In this document: one piece after another, positions 1 to 7,535 of the stretch
Numbering within the stretch: position 1 is the stretch's first letter
Layout of the letters: each line of letters opens with the position of its first letter
Assembly (NCBI RefSeq): GCF_018336915.1
Contig: NZ_CP064924.1
Span: 277,760 to 309,759, forward strand
Direction of reading: 5' to 3'
Length of the DNA stretch: 32,000 bases
DNA from: Acaryochloris marina S15
GTDB taxonomy: Bacteria > Cyanobacteriota > Cyanobacteriia > Thermosynechococcales > Thermosynechococcaceae
Notes under the pieces: model-generated
Database searches by the model: none
What the model was told of the DNA's origin: nothing
The model's input: the letters and a program-made list of their open reading frames with translations, nothing else
Position numbers and translations under genes: made by a program

Positions 1-363
1 TCTCACAACTCACGTCAGATCGCTATAGTAAGTACTCTTATACTAAATGGCGGGAAATCGCAGCTTAGATCGTTTTAGGCTGGCAATGGAGAATTGCAAA
101 TACCTCTCATTAAACGGACTCGTGCGGACAAACACAACCGCCGCTTCTACCACCTGACCCTCACCCTGTAGCTTCTGGCTTTCCTTAACGTAATTATCGT
201 CTAGTAAAAGTTAATTATTTGAGCTTTCCTATTGCTTTTTTTAATGTGGTTTATATAGCTCAAAGTAGCCTAATCCTAAAAGAATCCTAGCCTTAAATCT
301 GTCATTTTTTTAATCAGGGGAACCTAAAAATTTACTCGGGACTCAGTAAGTAAGGATAAAAAA

Positions 364-858
364 ATGAGGAACATGATGAATAAACAAAGCATTTTTATTG
401 CCGCTGCTCTGTCATTTATCGCTACAGCAGTAACGGCACAAGAACTAAAATTTGATGGTATCGCCGACGTTAACCATACACGTAATGACAGTATTATTCT
501 TGAGAAGGTTGACGGCGGTAGCCATAACGTAACTGTCCAGTCGAGAAATGGAGATGTGAATCTTTTCAAGGTAGATGGCGGAAGCTCTAATATTCGCATT
601 ATCGCCGAGGGGGATGTTCGCTTTTCACAAAAAATAGATGGTGGCAGCCGAGTCCATGTCGAAGCTAGAACGGGAGACATCTTCTTTGGTCAAAAAATAG
701 ATGGTGGTTCCGAAGTCGTTCTAATGGCCCCAAATGGCACAATTACTCTAGCCCAGAAGATAGATGGTGGCTCAACCGTCCGCTGGTGTGCACAAAGTTT
801 AGATGCAGGAAGTCAAGGTATTCGCGGAAGCTCGACTGTAACTAGAGTTTGTCCTTAA
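364..858 (+). CDS. Secreted repeat protein of unknown function: signal peptide, then five 21-aa units each carrying a [KQ][IV]DGGS motif, plus a degenerate sixth unit
   Basis: Hydrophobic leader MMNKQSIFIAAALSFIATAVTAQE. DGGS recurs at an exact 21-residue spacing (EKVDGGS, FKVDGGS, QKIDGGS x3), which suggests a beta-solenoid. The antisense ORF 324..680 has no comparable structure. Confidence 0.6.
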   Translation: MRNMMNKQSIFIAAALSFIATAVTAQELKFDGIADVNHTRNDSIILEKVDGGSHNVTVQSRNGDVNLFKVDGGSSNIRIIAEGDVRFSQKIDGGSRVHVEARTGDIFFGQKIDGGSEVVLMAPNGTITLAQKIDGGSTVRWCAQSLDAGSQGIRGSSTVTRVCP

Positions 859-1058
859 GAGACACAGTGAATAATTGAATGAGTAGTAAATAATTCAGGT
901 AAAATTAGACCTCTTGCAATATTCATTTCATGATGTGCTACTAACTTTATAAATGCCGTGAACTGATTTGGATAACAAATCGTTAGTTTAGTTATGCAAG
1001 AGGTCTAATAAAGGGATTCAAACCCCATTTTTGTTGTGAACACAAGTTGCTGGGATAA

Positions 1059-1397
1059 ATGATCCACCCCGCTTGCCAACGTTGCGATCTCTTCAGTGGA
1101 TACCTCGCTGAAGGTTTCCTTGTCTGTGCCATCCATCCGAGTGGTCCCGATCAAAACCCTTGCCCCGATTTTGCGAAAGTGATCGAGGACTGGCAAACAT
1201 TAGGGGCAATCTCTGAAAACGGTGAGCTGCTCAGGGACTGGGCAGGATATCTGACTTCGGTGGAGCGATCAGAGGTGCTGAAGAATCATCCGTACTTCAC
1301 CGGAGTCTGCCCGAAGTGCGGTGCAAGTTTTGGGGATAGCAGGCCAGTCCATTACGATTGTGAAAGATGTGGTTGGATGGATGATTCGATCAATTGA
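1059..1397 (+). CDS. Cys-rich hypothetical protein (possible zinc-ribbon)
   Basis: 112-aa ORF with an N-terminal CQRC...C...C cluster and a C-terminal CPKC...CERC pair. No family recognised by eye. Confidence 0.45.
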   Translation: MIHPACQRCDLFSGYLAEGFLVCAIHPSGPDQNPCPDFAKVIEDWQTLGAISENGELLRDWAGYLTSVERSEVLKNHPYFTGVCPKCGASFGDSRPVHYDCERCGWMDDSIN

Positions 1398-1458
1398 GGA
1401 AAACTAAGACTGGAAGCTGACTTAGCTTTTTTACTTATGCCTGATTTGACTACAGCTA

Positions 1459-1752
1459 ATGAACTGGATAATTCTGATAATTTGCGTGATTGCACTAATT
1501 CTTTACTGGAGTAAATGGATGCAGGGCCGAGGCAATCTTGGTAAGGTTATCGATTATAGCCAAGGGAAGAAAGGCACACGCAGGGAGCAATGGCAGAATT
1601 ACTCTTCAAGCGAAGCAAAGCTGATTCAGAGGCTTGGATCTGAATCTACAGAGCGTCTGATCGTCAGCGTACTTCTGGATAATCCAACCAAATCGAGAGC
1701 CTGGTGTTCAGATAAAGCCTTAAGGGATCTAGAACGAGATCAAGGTTTGTAA
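1459..1752 (+). CDS. Small membrane-anchored hypothetical protein
   Basis: N-terminal hydrophobic helix MNWIILIICVIALILYW followed by a charged tail. It ends 4 nt before the nuclease gene, so it is operon-like. Confidence 0.4.
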   Translation: MNWIILIICVIALILYWSKWMQGRGNLGKVIDYSQGKKGTRREQWQNYSSSEAKLIQRLGSESTERLIVSVLLDNPTKSRAWCSDKALRDLERDQGL

Positions 1753-1756
1753 GACA

Positions 1757-2284
1757 ATGCCAAATCTAAGACAGCTACTCTCTATCCTCCTTCCCCCTCT
1801 CCTTCTAGGATGCAGCCCACCCCCCAGCACCACGACCAACGACATTAATCCGGTAAAGACAATCTCCTACACGGTTGTCAGCACTGGCGATGGCGATACC
1901 CTCAAAGTGCAATCTCAAGACGGTACATCGAGCAAAGTCCGTGTTGGATGTATTGATGCGCCTGAGTCCTCGCAGGAGTATGGACCGGAGGCAGGCCAAA
2001 GACTCAAGGTATTGCTACCCAGTGGAGCAACAATCGAGCTTCGGGAAATTGATATTGATCAATATGGTCGAACAGTGGCGGAGATCTATTCTGAGGGGAA
2101 ATCGGTTGGGCTTCAGCTTGTCCGTGAAGGATATTCCGTGGTGTATCACCGTTACTTGGATGGGTGTTCTGATACAGCAGATCAGTATGTTGCTGCTGAG
2201 GAAGAGGCCAGATCTCAGAGATTGAATTTTTGGAGCCAGAGTGATCCGGTGATGCCGTGGGACTATCGGAGAGGGAAGCGGTAA
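1757..2284 (+). CDS. Thermonuclease (staphylococcal nuclease / SNase-like) lipoprotein
   Basis: Lipobox LLLGCS. SNase core motifs: GDGDTLKV, VRVGCIDAPES, DQYGRTVAEIY, LVREGYSVVY, and EARSQRLNFWS near the C-terminus. Confidence 0.8.
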   Translation: MPNLRQLLSILLPPLLLGCSPPPSTTTNDINPVKTISYTVVSTGDGDTLKVQSQDGTSSKVRVGCIDAPESSQEYGPEAGQRLKVLLPSGATIELREIDIDQYGRTVAEIYSEGKSVGLQLVREGYSVVYHRYLDGCSDTADQYVAAEEEARSQRLNFWSQSDPVMPWDYRRGKR

Positions 2285-2311
2285 TAGTGCTTTTAAGATA
2301 GTACTAAAGAC

Positions 2312-2650
2312 CTATTACTTTAAAGCACTATTACTTTAAAGCACTATTACACTAAAGTCCTATTGCACTAAAAAACAATTAAGCTGAAGTAATATAATTT
2401 AATAGTGAAATTGTGCGAATATTTATTATTTCAAAAGTTCTATTGCACTAAACTACTTTTGCACTAAACTACTATTTAGCTAAAGAGACTTATGCTAAAA
2501 GCCCCTAACTGTATAGATTCAAAGATTTTTGAAGGAGGTGTAGCAGAAGGGAACAAGCTTTATCTCCAATAATTTCAGAGAATTTTATAGATGATTACAG
2601 TGGAATAGAGCAACCTTCTTATTGCACTATTTTACTTTTGCACTATACTG
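2312..2650. repeat. Three clusters of tandem 16-bp direct repeats (consensus about CTATTGCACTAAAnnn) upstream of parA. Candidate centromere/operator (parC-like) or iterons.
   Basis: Cluster 1: four contiguous units at 2312-2327, 2328-2343, 2344-2359 and 2360-2375. Cluster 2: four units at 2440-2455, 2456-2471, 2472-2487 and 2488-2503. Cluster 3: two units at 2618-2634 and 2635-2650. Confidence 0.6.
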
Positions 2651-2719
2651 CATTAGTTCAGTAATGCTATTGATCTAGACATCTATCAGGCAAAAGTACC
2701 TTTCATCAAAAGCAGAATA

Positions 2720-3580
2720 ATGCCCAAACAAGCACCGACTCTTGTTCCTCTAGCGCTAGCAGGAGGACAAGGTAAAACCACAATTGCATTAATGACTGGG
2801 AGGATATTAGCGAGTTATGGCATCCCTGTACTATTTGTGGATGCAGATCCACAAGCAAGTCTTACAGCTTTTCTTGGTGTAGACCCAGAAGATCGCCCAA
2901 CTCTCTTGGAAGTTCTAACGCGATCTCCCGACAAACTACCTTTGTTCAAAGCCATACATGCTGTTCCAGAAAGTGAAAATATTTTTCTTATTCCATCTAC
3001 TGATGAACTAGAGAATGCAAACCACTCATTAGCAGCATCACCATCAAGTATCAATGTACTAAGAAATCGAATTCAACAAGTTGGCGAACAGGTAAAGAAA
3101 GAAGAAAAAATCACATCCAATTTTGGGATTATCATCATTGACCCACCCCCAGAACGCTCACACCTTGCTCTCACTTCTCTGGGTAGTGGCGACTGCTGGG
3201 TTATTTGTGCCGAAGCTAATATTAAAGGTGTTCAATCACTCAAAAGAACAAAAGGATTAATTGAAACTTGTCAGTCAATGGTTCCTGCAGGTGAATTAAT
3301 TGGGACAATACCTTTTCGAGCGAAATGGACTGGTTTGAACCCAACTAAAGTCACGAGAACCAACATTGAAGTCATGGAAGTCCTCGTTGGGAAAGATTTA
3401 ATGCTTCCCCATGTATTAGAAAGTGATATTTACAAACGTGCAATAGACGAGCAAACTTTACCAGGAACACTGGGATATGAGCATTTAGAATTTCCGCTAA
3501 GGAGTCTTATCGAAAGAATGAGACCCTCACTCGGAAAATACGCGAAGTCAATTCCAGTCTTGAATACGGAGGAAAATTAA
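2720..3580 (+). CDS. parA: ParA/Soj-family partition ATPase (small, no N-terminal HTH, type Ib-like)
   Basis: Deviant Walker A region LAGGQGKTTIAL followed by VLFVDADPQASLT. Walker B-like IIIIDPPP. Stop and start overlap the next gene (TAATG at 3578-3582). Confidence 0.85.
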   Translation: MPKQAPTLVPLALAGGQGKTTIALMTGRILASYGIPVLFVDADPQASLTAFLGVDPEDRPTLLEVLTRSPDKLPLFKAIHAVPESENIFLIPSTDELENANHSLAASPSSINVLRNRIQQVGEQVKKEEKITSNFGIIIIDPPPERSHLALTSLGSGDCWVICAEANIKGVQSLKRTKGLIETCQSMVPAGELIGTIPFRAKWTGLNPTKVTRTNIEVMEVLVGKDLMLPHVLESDIYKRAIDEQTLPGTLGYEHLEFPLRSLIERMRPSLGKYAKSIPVLNTEEN

Positions 3581-4008
3581 TGAGTCTCTTAGATAAGATT
3601 CGCCAGGAAACAGAAGTTCCTTCAGTCAAGGTTGAAACACGACAGGATGCATTAATCGAGAATCTTGCAGAGGAAAACAACTCGACTCCACCACCATCGA
3701 TCGATACCCATAAAGATATAGAAGCAAACTTATCAACAGAGCTTGCTTCATTTCCACCAATCGCTGACAAAAAGGTTGGTGTCAGATTAGAAGAGGATGT
3801 CCTTGCAGAATTGGAAGTTATTTGTAAGAAACACAAAATAACGATAGAAACATTTCTTGAGGCCGCACTTAATGTCTGTCAACAAGATTCATCGGCAATG
3901 AATGCAGCCATAGGTGATGCTCAAACAAGACTCGCTAGGAGAAAAAGAGCAGGTACGATACGCTCAATTTTGACAAAATCTCAAAACTTATTTAAAAAAG
4001 AGCAATAG
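3580..4008 (+). CDS. Putative centromere-binding partition adaptor with a ribbon-helix-helix-like C-terminal region (ParG-like)
   Basis: Translationally coupled to parA. Acidic, disordered N-terminus. The segment KKVGVRLEEDVLAELEVICKKHKITIETFLEAAL fits a beta-strand plus two helices (RHH pattern). Confidence 0.5.
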   Translation: MSLLDKIRQETEVPSVKVETRQDALIENLAEENNSTPPPSIDTHKDIEANLSTELASFPPIADKKVGVRLEEDVLAELEVICKKHKITIETFLEAALNVCQQDSSAMNAAIGDAQTRLARRKRAGTIRSILTKSQNLFKKEQ

Positions 4009-4010
4009 CA

Positions 4011-4040
4011 CTATTGCGCTAAAGTACAAAAGTGTAATAG
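4011..4040. repeat. Additional copy of the 16-bp par-associated repeat plus an inverted copy, immediately downstream of the par operon
   Basis: ctattgcgctaaagta (4011-4026) followed by caaaagtgtaatag (4027-4040). The latter is the reverse complement of ctattacacttttg. Confidence 0.4.
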
Positions 4041-4156
4041 TTTTGCTTACAAAGTTTTTAGTGATGACTGAAGTGTATTTAGTAGCTATGACTATATACG
4101 CCCAATATCTAGCAATCCTCTAGATCATCAGCAGAGCTTATCATTCGGCCCAATTG

Positions 4157-4323
4157 AAGGGTTGCTGACACCAGCTGCAATCAAGCACTTTTTGGGTCCT
4201 GAAACAACGCAAATACGTTAGATCAGAATCTAAATTATTACAGAGAGCTAAAGAGTATTGAGAGATATTAAGCTCTAGAAAGCTTACCCTATATAACTTC
4301 TAGGCTTTTTTGCAGATGGTGTC
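4157..4323. repeat. 23-bp imperfect inverted repeat enclosing about 121 bp (MITE-like element or IS-end relic)
   Basis: aagggtTgctgacaccaGctgca (4157-4179) versus the reverse complement of 4301-4323, aagggtCgctgacaccaTctgca (21/23 match). It lies next to a transposase fragment. Confidence 0.5.
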
Positions 4324-4423
4324 AGCGACCCTTTAATTATCCCAACCCTAAACGCCTTACTGGATAAGCTTCTGTTTAAAATGAGAATTGCTGGCGCTGA
4401 AGGGTTCGTTTGACACTTTGATA

Positions 4424-4714
4424 TTAGCCTGGATATTGCTCTTGGAGGTAGTCATACAGAGTAAGAGGCTCAAGCCTGGGTTCTCTTTGGAGCATTGGCT
4501 CCAGTTCAATGTCCCACACATCAGAAAGAGGATCTTTGTGGGTACGCCAGGTTCTTTGTGCCTTAGTGGTTGAGCGGTGCTGGCCTTTCTCTATTCGTCG
4601 GCCACTGCGTTCTGAAATGCCAGCAATGGTGGAGACTTGAGCTTGGGTACAGGATTGGTCTCTAGCTCGGTTATAAACTTCCACTTTGTAGGTTTCAATA
4701 AGTTGACCACGCAC
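4424..4714 (-). pseudogene. N-terminal fragment of a DDE/rve-type transposase (HTH region only), truncated
   Basis: HTH-like QAQVSTIAGISERSGRRIEKG, then RTWRTHKDPLSDVW...LEPLTLYDYLQEQYPG, typical of transposase N-termini. It ends at an in-frame TAA. A few more homologous-looking codons follow (YQSVKRTLQRQ), and no catalytic domain is present. Confidence 0.6.
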
Positions 4715-4972
4715 TAGATCTACTCCCTTTCTAATTTGGGACTTGATCTAGTGTGTTTGTTATTGTTCGGTCAATACAGGGATAATTGACGCCAACTTAA
4801 TTAGTGATCATGTTTTAAATGGCGATCTCATAACCGGTTAAGCAATTGACTTCGAGCTTGGTCTAATTGTTGCCTGACAATCTCTAGAATTACTGCTGTA
4901 AAACGTTTTCAAGCTAAAATAGAAACCACTAAGATCTCAAATGGGCTCTATAGGAATAATCGATCTTTTATT

Positions 4973-6073
4973 TTGGATACCTCACAAAAAACTAGTCTAA
5001 ACCCAACAAGATTACCCTTGCTGGTCTGTGGTAGCTTGCTCGTCGTCGCTCTACTGATAGGAGTTTGGAAATTACCCCAGCGTCAAGCATCCATGCTCAA
5101 ACAGCGAATCGAGAGGGAAGAGAATACTGCGATTTCCCGCGAGAAACTATTTCAGCTTGAAAATACGACTCGTGAGAATTACTTGAAAATCATTCAATCA
5201 TTTGGTGGACTTGGCTTTCTTTTGACAGGCTACTTTGCTTGGAGGAACTTGCAAATGGCTGAGAAAAATCGTGAACTTGCAGAGGGTAAGCAGGTAACAG
5301 AGCGCTTTAGCAAAGCTGTTGAACTTCTCTCCGATTCTAAGAAGCTTGAGGCCCGTATAGGTGGAATTTATATACTAGGCCGTATTGCTAATGATCATCC
5401 TAAAGATCAAATAACTGTGATGGAGGTACTAACAACCTTTATTCGAGAAAAATCGTTAGGAAGTGACCTTGAATGCCAATGTGATGAAGAGTATAGTAAC
5501 GCTGACATCCAATCTGCCCTTAATGTTATCGGCCGTCGTAACGTTGAAAATGATGGAGTTAGAGGATTGTTTCTTTATGGTTCAAATCTAAGTGGTGTAG
5601 ATCTTTGCGATACTAATTTCAGTAATACTGTCTTCAGTATGTGTGATCTCAGTAATGCCTATCTCCGTAAAACTAAGCTAATTAATACAAATTTTTCTGG
5701 TACTAAAATTAAAAAGACAAAGCTATGTGGAGCTTTTTTTAGTGGTGCTAACCTTAGCGGTGCTAACCTTAGCAGTACTGATCTAAGTGAATCTGATCTT
5801 ACTGATGCTGACCTAAGTGAATCCGATCTAAGTGAATCTGATCTTACTGATGCTGACCTAAGTGAATCCAATCTCACTGATGCTATTTTGAGTAGTGCCA
5901 ACCTGAAGAGAGCTAACCTAAAAAGAGCAGATCTTCGTGAGACTAAAGAAATAACTCCTAATCAGATCAAACAAGCAAGTAATTGGGAGCAAGCTCACTA
6001 CAGCGACGATTTCAAAATTCAACTAGGACTATCAACCACCTCTGAAGAGTCAGCAGAAAAGCCCGAAGAATAG
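4973..6073 (+). CDS. Membrane-anchored pentapeptide-repeat protein
   Basis: TTG start. N-terminal hydrophobic segments. The C-terminal half is long A(D/N)LxX pentapeptide runs (ANLSGANLSSTDLSESDLTDADLSESDL...). A 42-bp segment (5783-5824) recurs 45 bp downstream (5828-5869). Confidence 0.8.
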   Translation: MDTSQKTSLNPTRLPLLVCGSLLVVALLIGVWKLPQRQASMLKQRIEREENTAISREKLFQLENTTRENYLKIIQSFGGLGFLLTGYFAWRNLQMAEKNRELAEGKQVTERFSKAVELLSDSKKLEARIGGIYILGRIANDHPKDQITVMEVLTTFIREKSLGSDLECQCDEEYSNADIQSALNVIGRRNVENDGVRGLFLYGSNLSGVDLCDTNFSNTVFSMCDLSNAYLRKTKLINTNFSGTKIKKTKLCGAFFSGANLSGANLSSTDLSESDLTDADLSESDLSESDLTDADLSESNLTDAILSSANLKRANLKRADLRETKEITPNQIKQASNWEQAHYSDDFKIQLGLSTTSEESAEKPEE

Positions 6074-6711
6074 TCCAACAAAATCGATCGACCATAAAAA
6101 TCCCCTTTCTGCTCAATCTTAAATCCACCCAATAGCAGCCCAAGCCAAACCGCTACCAAAGGTAATCGAACTCCCCTCACCAGCTCCACAAACGACACCG
6201 CCCCCTTAGCCCCTTCCAAATACTCTCGGATCGCGCCCACCCATGCCCCCACATCTTCTACATGACTGACTTTCAGGGCAACTGCTTCCCCAGACTCCAG
6301 CTCATCGACAAACTCTAGAACCGCATCCTTACTAACTTCCCCCACAACAGACTCAACAGGAACCCCAGTGAACCCCTGGCGACTCTTCCGTGACTTCGGC
6401 TGACGACATAGATCCGAGACATCCAGAAACATCGTCTGCTGAATCATCCCAGCTAAGAAATCTTCATCCAACACTGGACCTTCTGAGTTGTATCTGTCTT
6501 CCCAACCCTGGATCATTAGCTCTGCCCGCTGCAAACAAACCTCAGCCATATCCTTGATCGCATCTCCAGCTACCCGGAGCTGTTCGTGGGGAGAACGGCC
6601 CTGTAGATGCTGCTCCAGTGAGGCACACATCAGGGAAATATCAGCTTGCTCTGGTTCGTCTAAAGCAGAGGCCAAAGCACTGGCAAAATCAAGCTCAAGC
6701 TGAGTGAACAT
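6019..6711 (-). CDS. Hypothetical acidic protein. The C-terminal segment loosely resembles a ScpA/kleisin-type winged-helix tail.
   Basis: 230-aa ORF overlapping the upstream gene by 17 nt (operon). C-terminus VSFVELVRGVRLPLVAVWLGLLLGGFKIEQKGDFYG. The 3' end overlaps the convergent pentapeptide gene by 55 bp. Confidence 0.5.
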   Translation of the reverse strand: MFTQLELDFASALASALDEPEQADISLMCASLEQHLQGRSPHEQLRVAGDAIKDMAEVCLQRAELMIQGWEDRYNSEGPVLDEDFLAGMIQQTMFLDVSDLCRQPKSRKSRQGFTGVPVESVVGEVSKDAVLEFVDELESGEAVALKVSHVEDVGAWVGAIREYLEGAKGAVSFVELVRGVRLPLVAVWLGLLLGGFKIEQKGDFYGRSILLDYSSGFSADSSEVVDSPS

Positions 6712-7222
6712 GGCGCTTATCCTTCAGTGGACATTCCGCAATTTCACACTCGGTCGGTTCCATGCGGATCGGGGGTTCAAATTCTGTGATGCCATACCGA
6801 TTGCCCAGCACCTTCAGCACCTCCTTCAAATACCGATTCACTTGGGTATTCGTCATCCCCATACAGTGGACGGCTTCAATTTCCGCTAGCTTCTCACTCC
6901 CCTGCCAGACAGCGATAGCCAGAGCATGGAGGTGAGCATCCTTGGGCTTTTCCTTGTAAAGATAGAGCAAAGCCACGGGTGGGGCCAGGACGGGAATCGA
7001 GAAGGTTTCAGTGGTTTTTGCTGGCGCTGTTTTTGCTTTCTGGTCAGCGTATTCTCCTCGGCGCTTGGCATTGCTTTCTTTGCGGTGGCGATAGTGATTT
7101 CGTTTGCGATCGCAGGCATTATCCTTCCAGCACCCATCCCCTTGCGGCCCATGAACCCGCTTTGCTTCCATCCGGGAATAGTCGATGCATTGGAGGCAGA
7201 TGGGGTTTGGAGGTAGTGGCAT
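6695..7222 (-). CDS. Hypothetical protein with a Cys-rich, basic N-terminus
   Basis: 175-aa ORF with CLQC...C...C, then the Arg/Lys-rich stretch RKRNHYRHRKESNAKRRGE and a globular C-terminal half. Several overlapping ORFs in other frames are shorter or featureless. Confidence 0.5.
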   Translation of the reverse strand: MPLPPNPICLQCIDYSRMEAKRVHGPQGDGCWKDNACDRKRNHYRHRKESNAKRRGEYADQKAKTAPAKTTETFSIPVLAPPVALLYLYKEKPKDAHLHALAIAVWQGSEKLAEIEAVHCMGMTNTQVNRYLKEVLKVLGNRYGITEFEPPIRMEPTECEIAECPLKDKRHVHSA

Positions 7223-7535
7223 GGTTCGTTCTTTTGGATCAATACCCTTGAATAGATCATCAAAATCGAGGGGCTGACAGGACTAAATCAAACTAGTAAG
7301 CCATTAAAAAGCACTTAAAGAGGCAATAATTTCCATCCCCACCAACGCCCTAGATTACAGAAATATCCTTAATAAATGCGTAAAGCATATCAAAAGTGCC
7401 GATAATTCTAGATGGGATTAAATTAAATTTCAAAATAGCGCTCCGTCATCATTAGCAATCTATCGCAGACCGTCAGTTCTATACGCTCAACCCAATAGAA
7501 AAAAGACAACAAAATATCCCTTAGATTAACGCTGA

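Noticed and set aside
324-680. 118-aa minus-strand ORF overlapping the DGGS-repeat gene
   Set aside because: It is antisense to an ORF that has a signal peptide and an exact 21-aa periodicity. Its own sequence is featureless.
1005-1075. tRNA-like T-loop sequence (reverse complement ggggtttgaatccc) suggesting a tRNA or att-site remnant
   Set aside because: The flanks do not fold into acceptor, D or anticodon arms. The T-stem pairs only 3 bp.
1875-2225. 116-aa alternative-frame ORF and a 64-aa antisense ORF inside the nuclease gene
   Set aside because: The SNase frame carries clear family motifs. The alternatives have none.
6704-7263. Five overlapping ORFs (both strands) across 6704-7263
   Set aside because: They are mutually exclusive. 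Only 6695..7222 (minus) is in operon register with 6019..6711 and has a coherent domain-like composition. The call is still only moderate in confidence.
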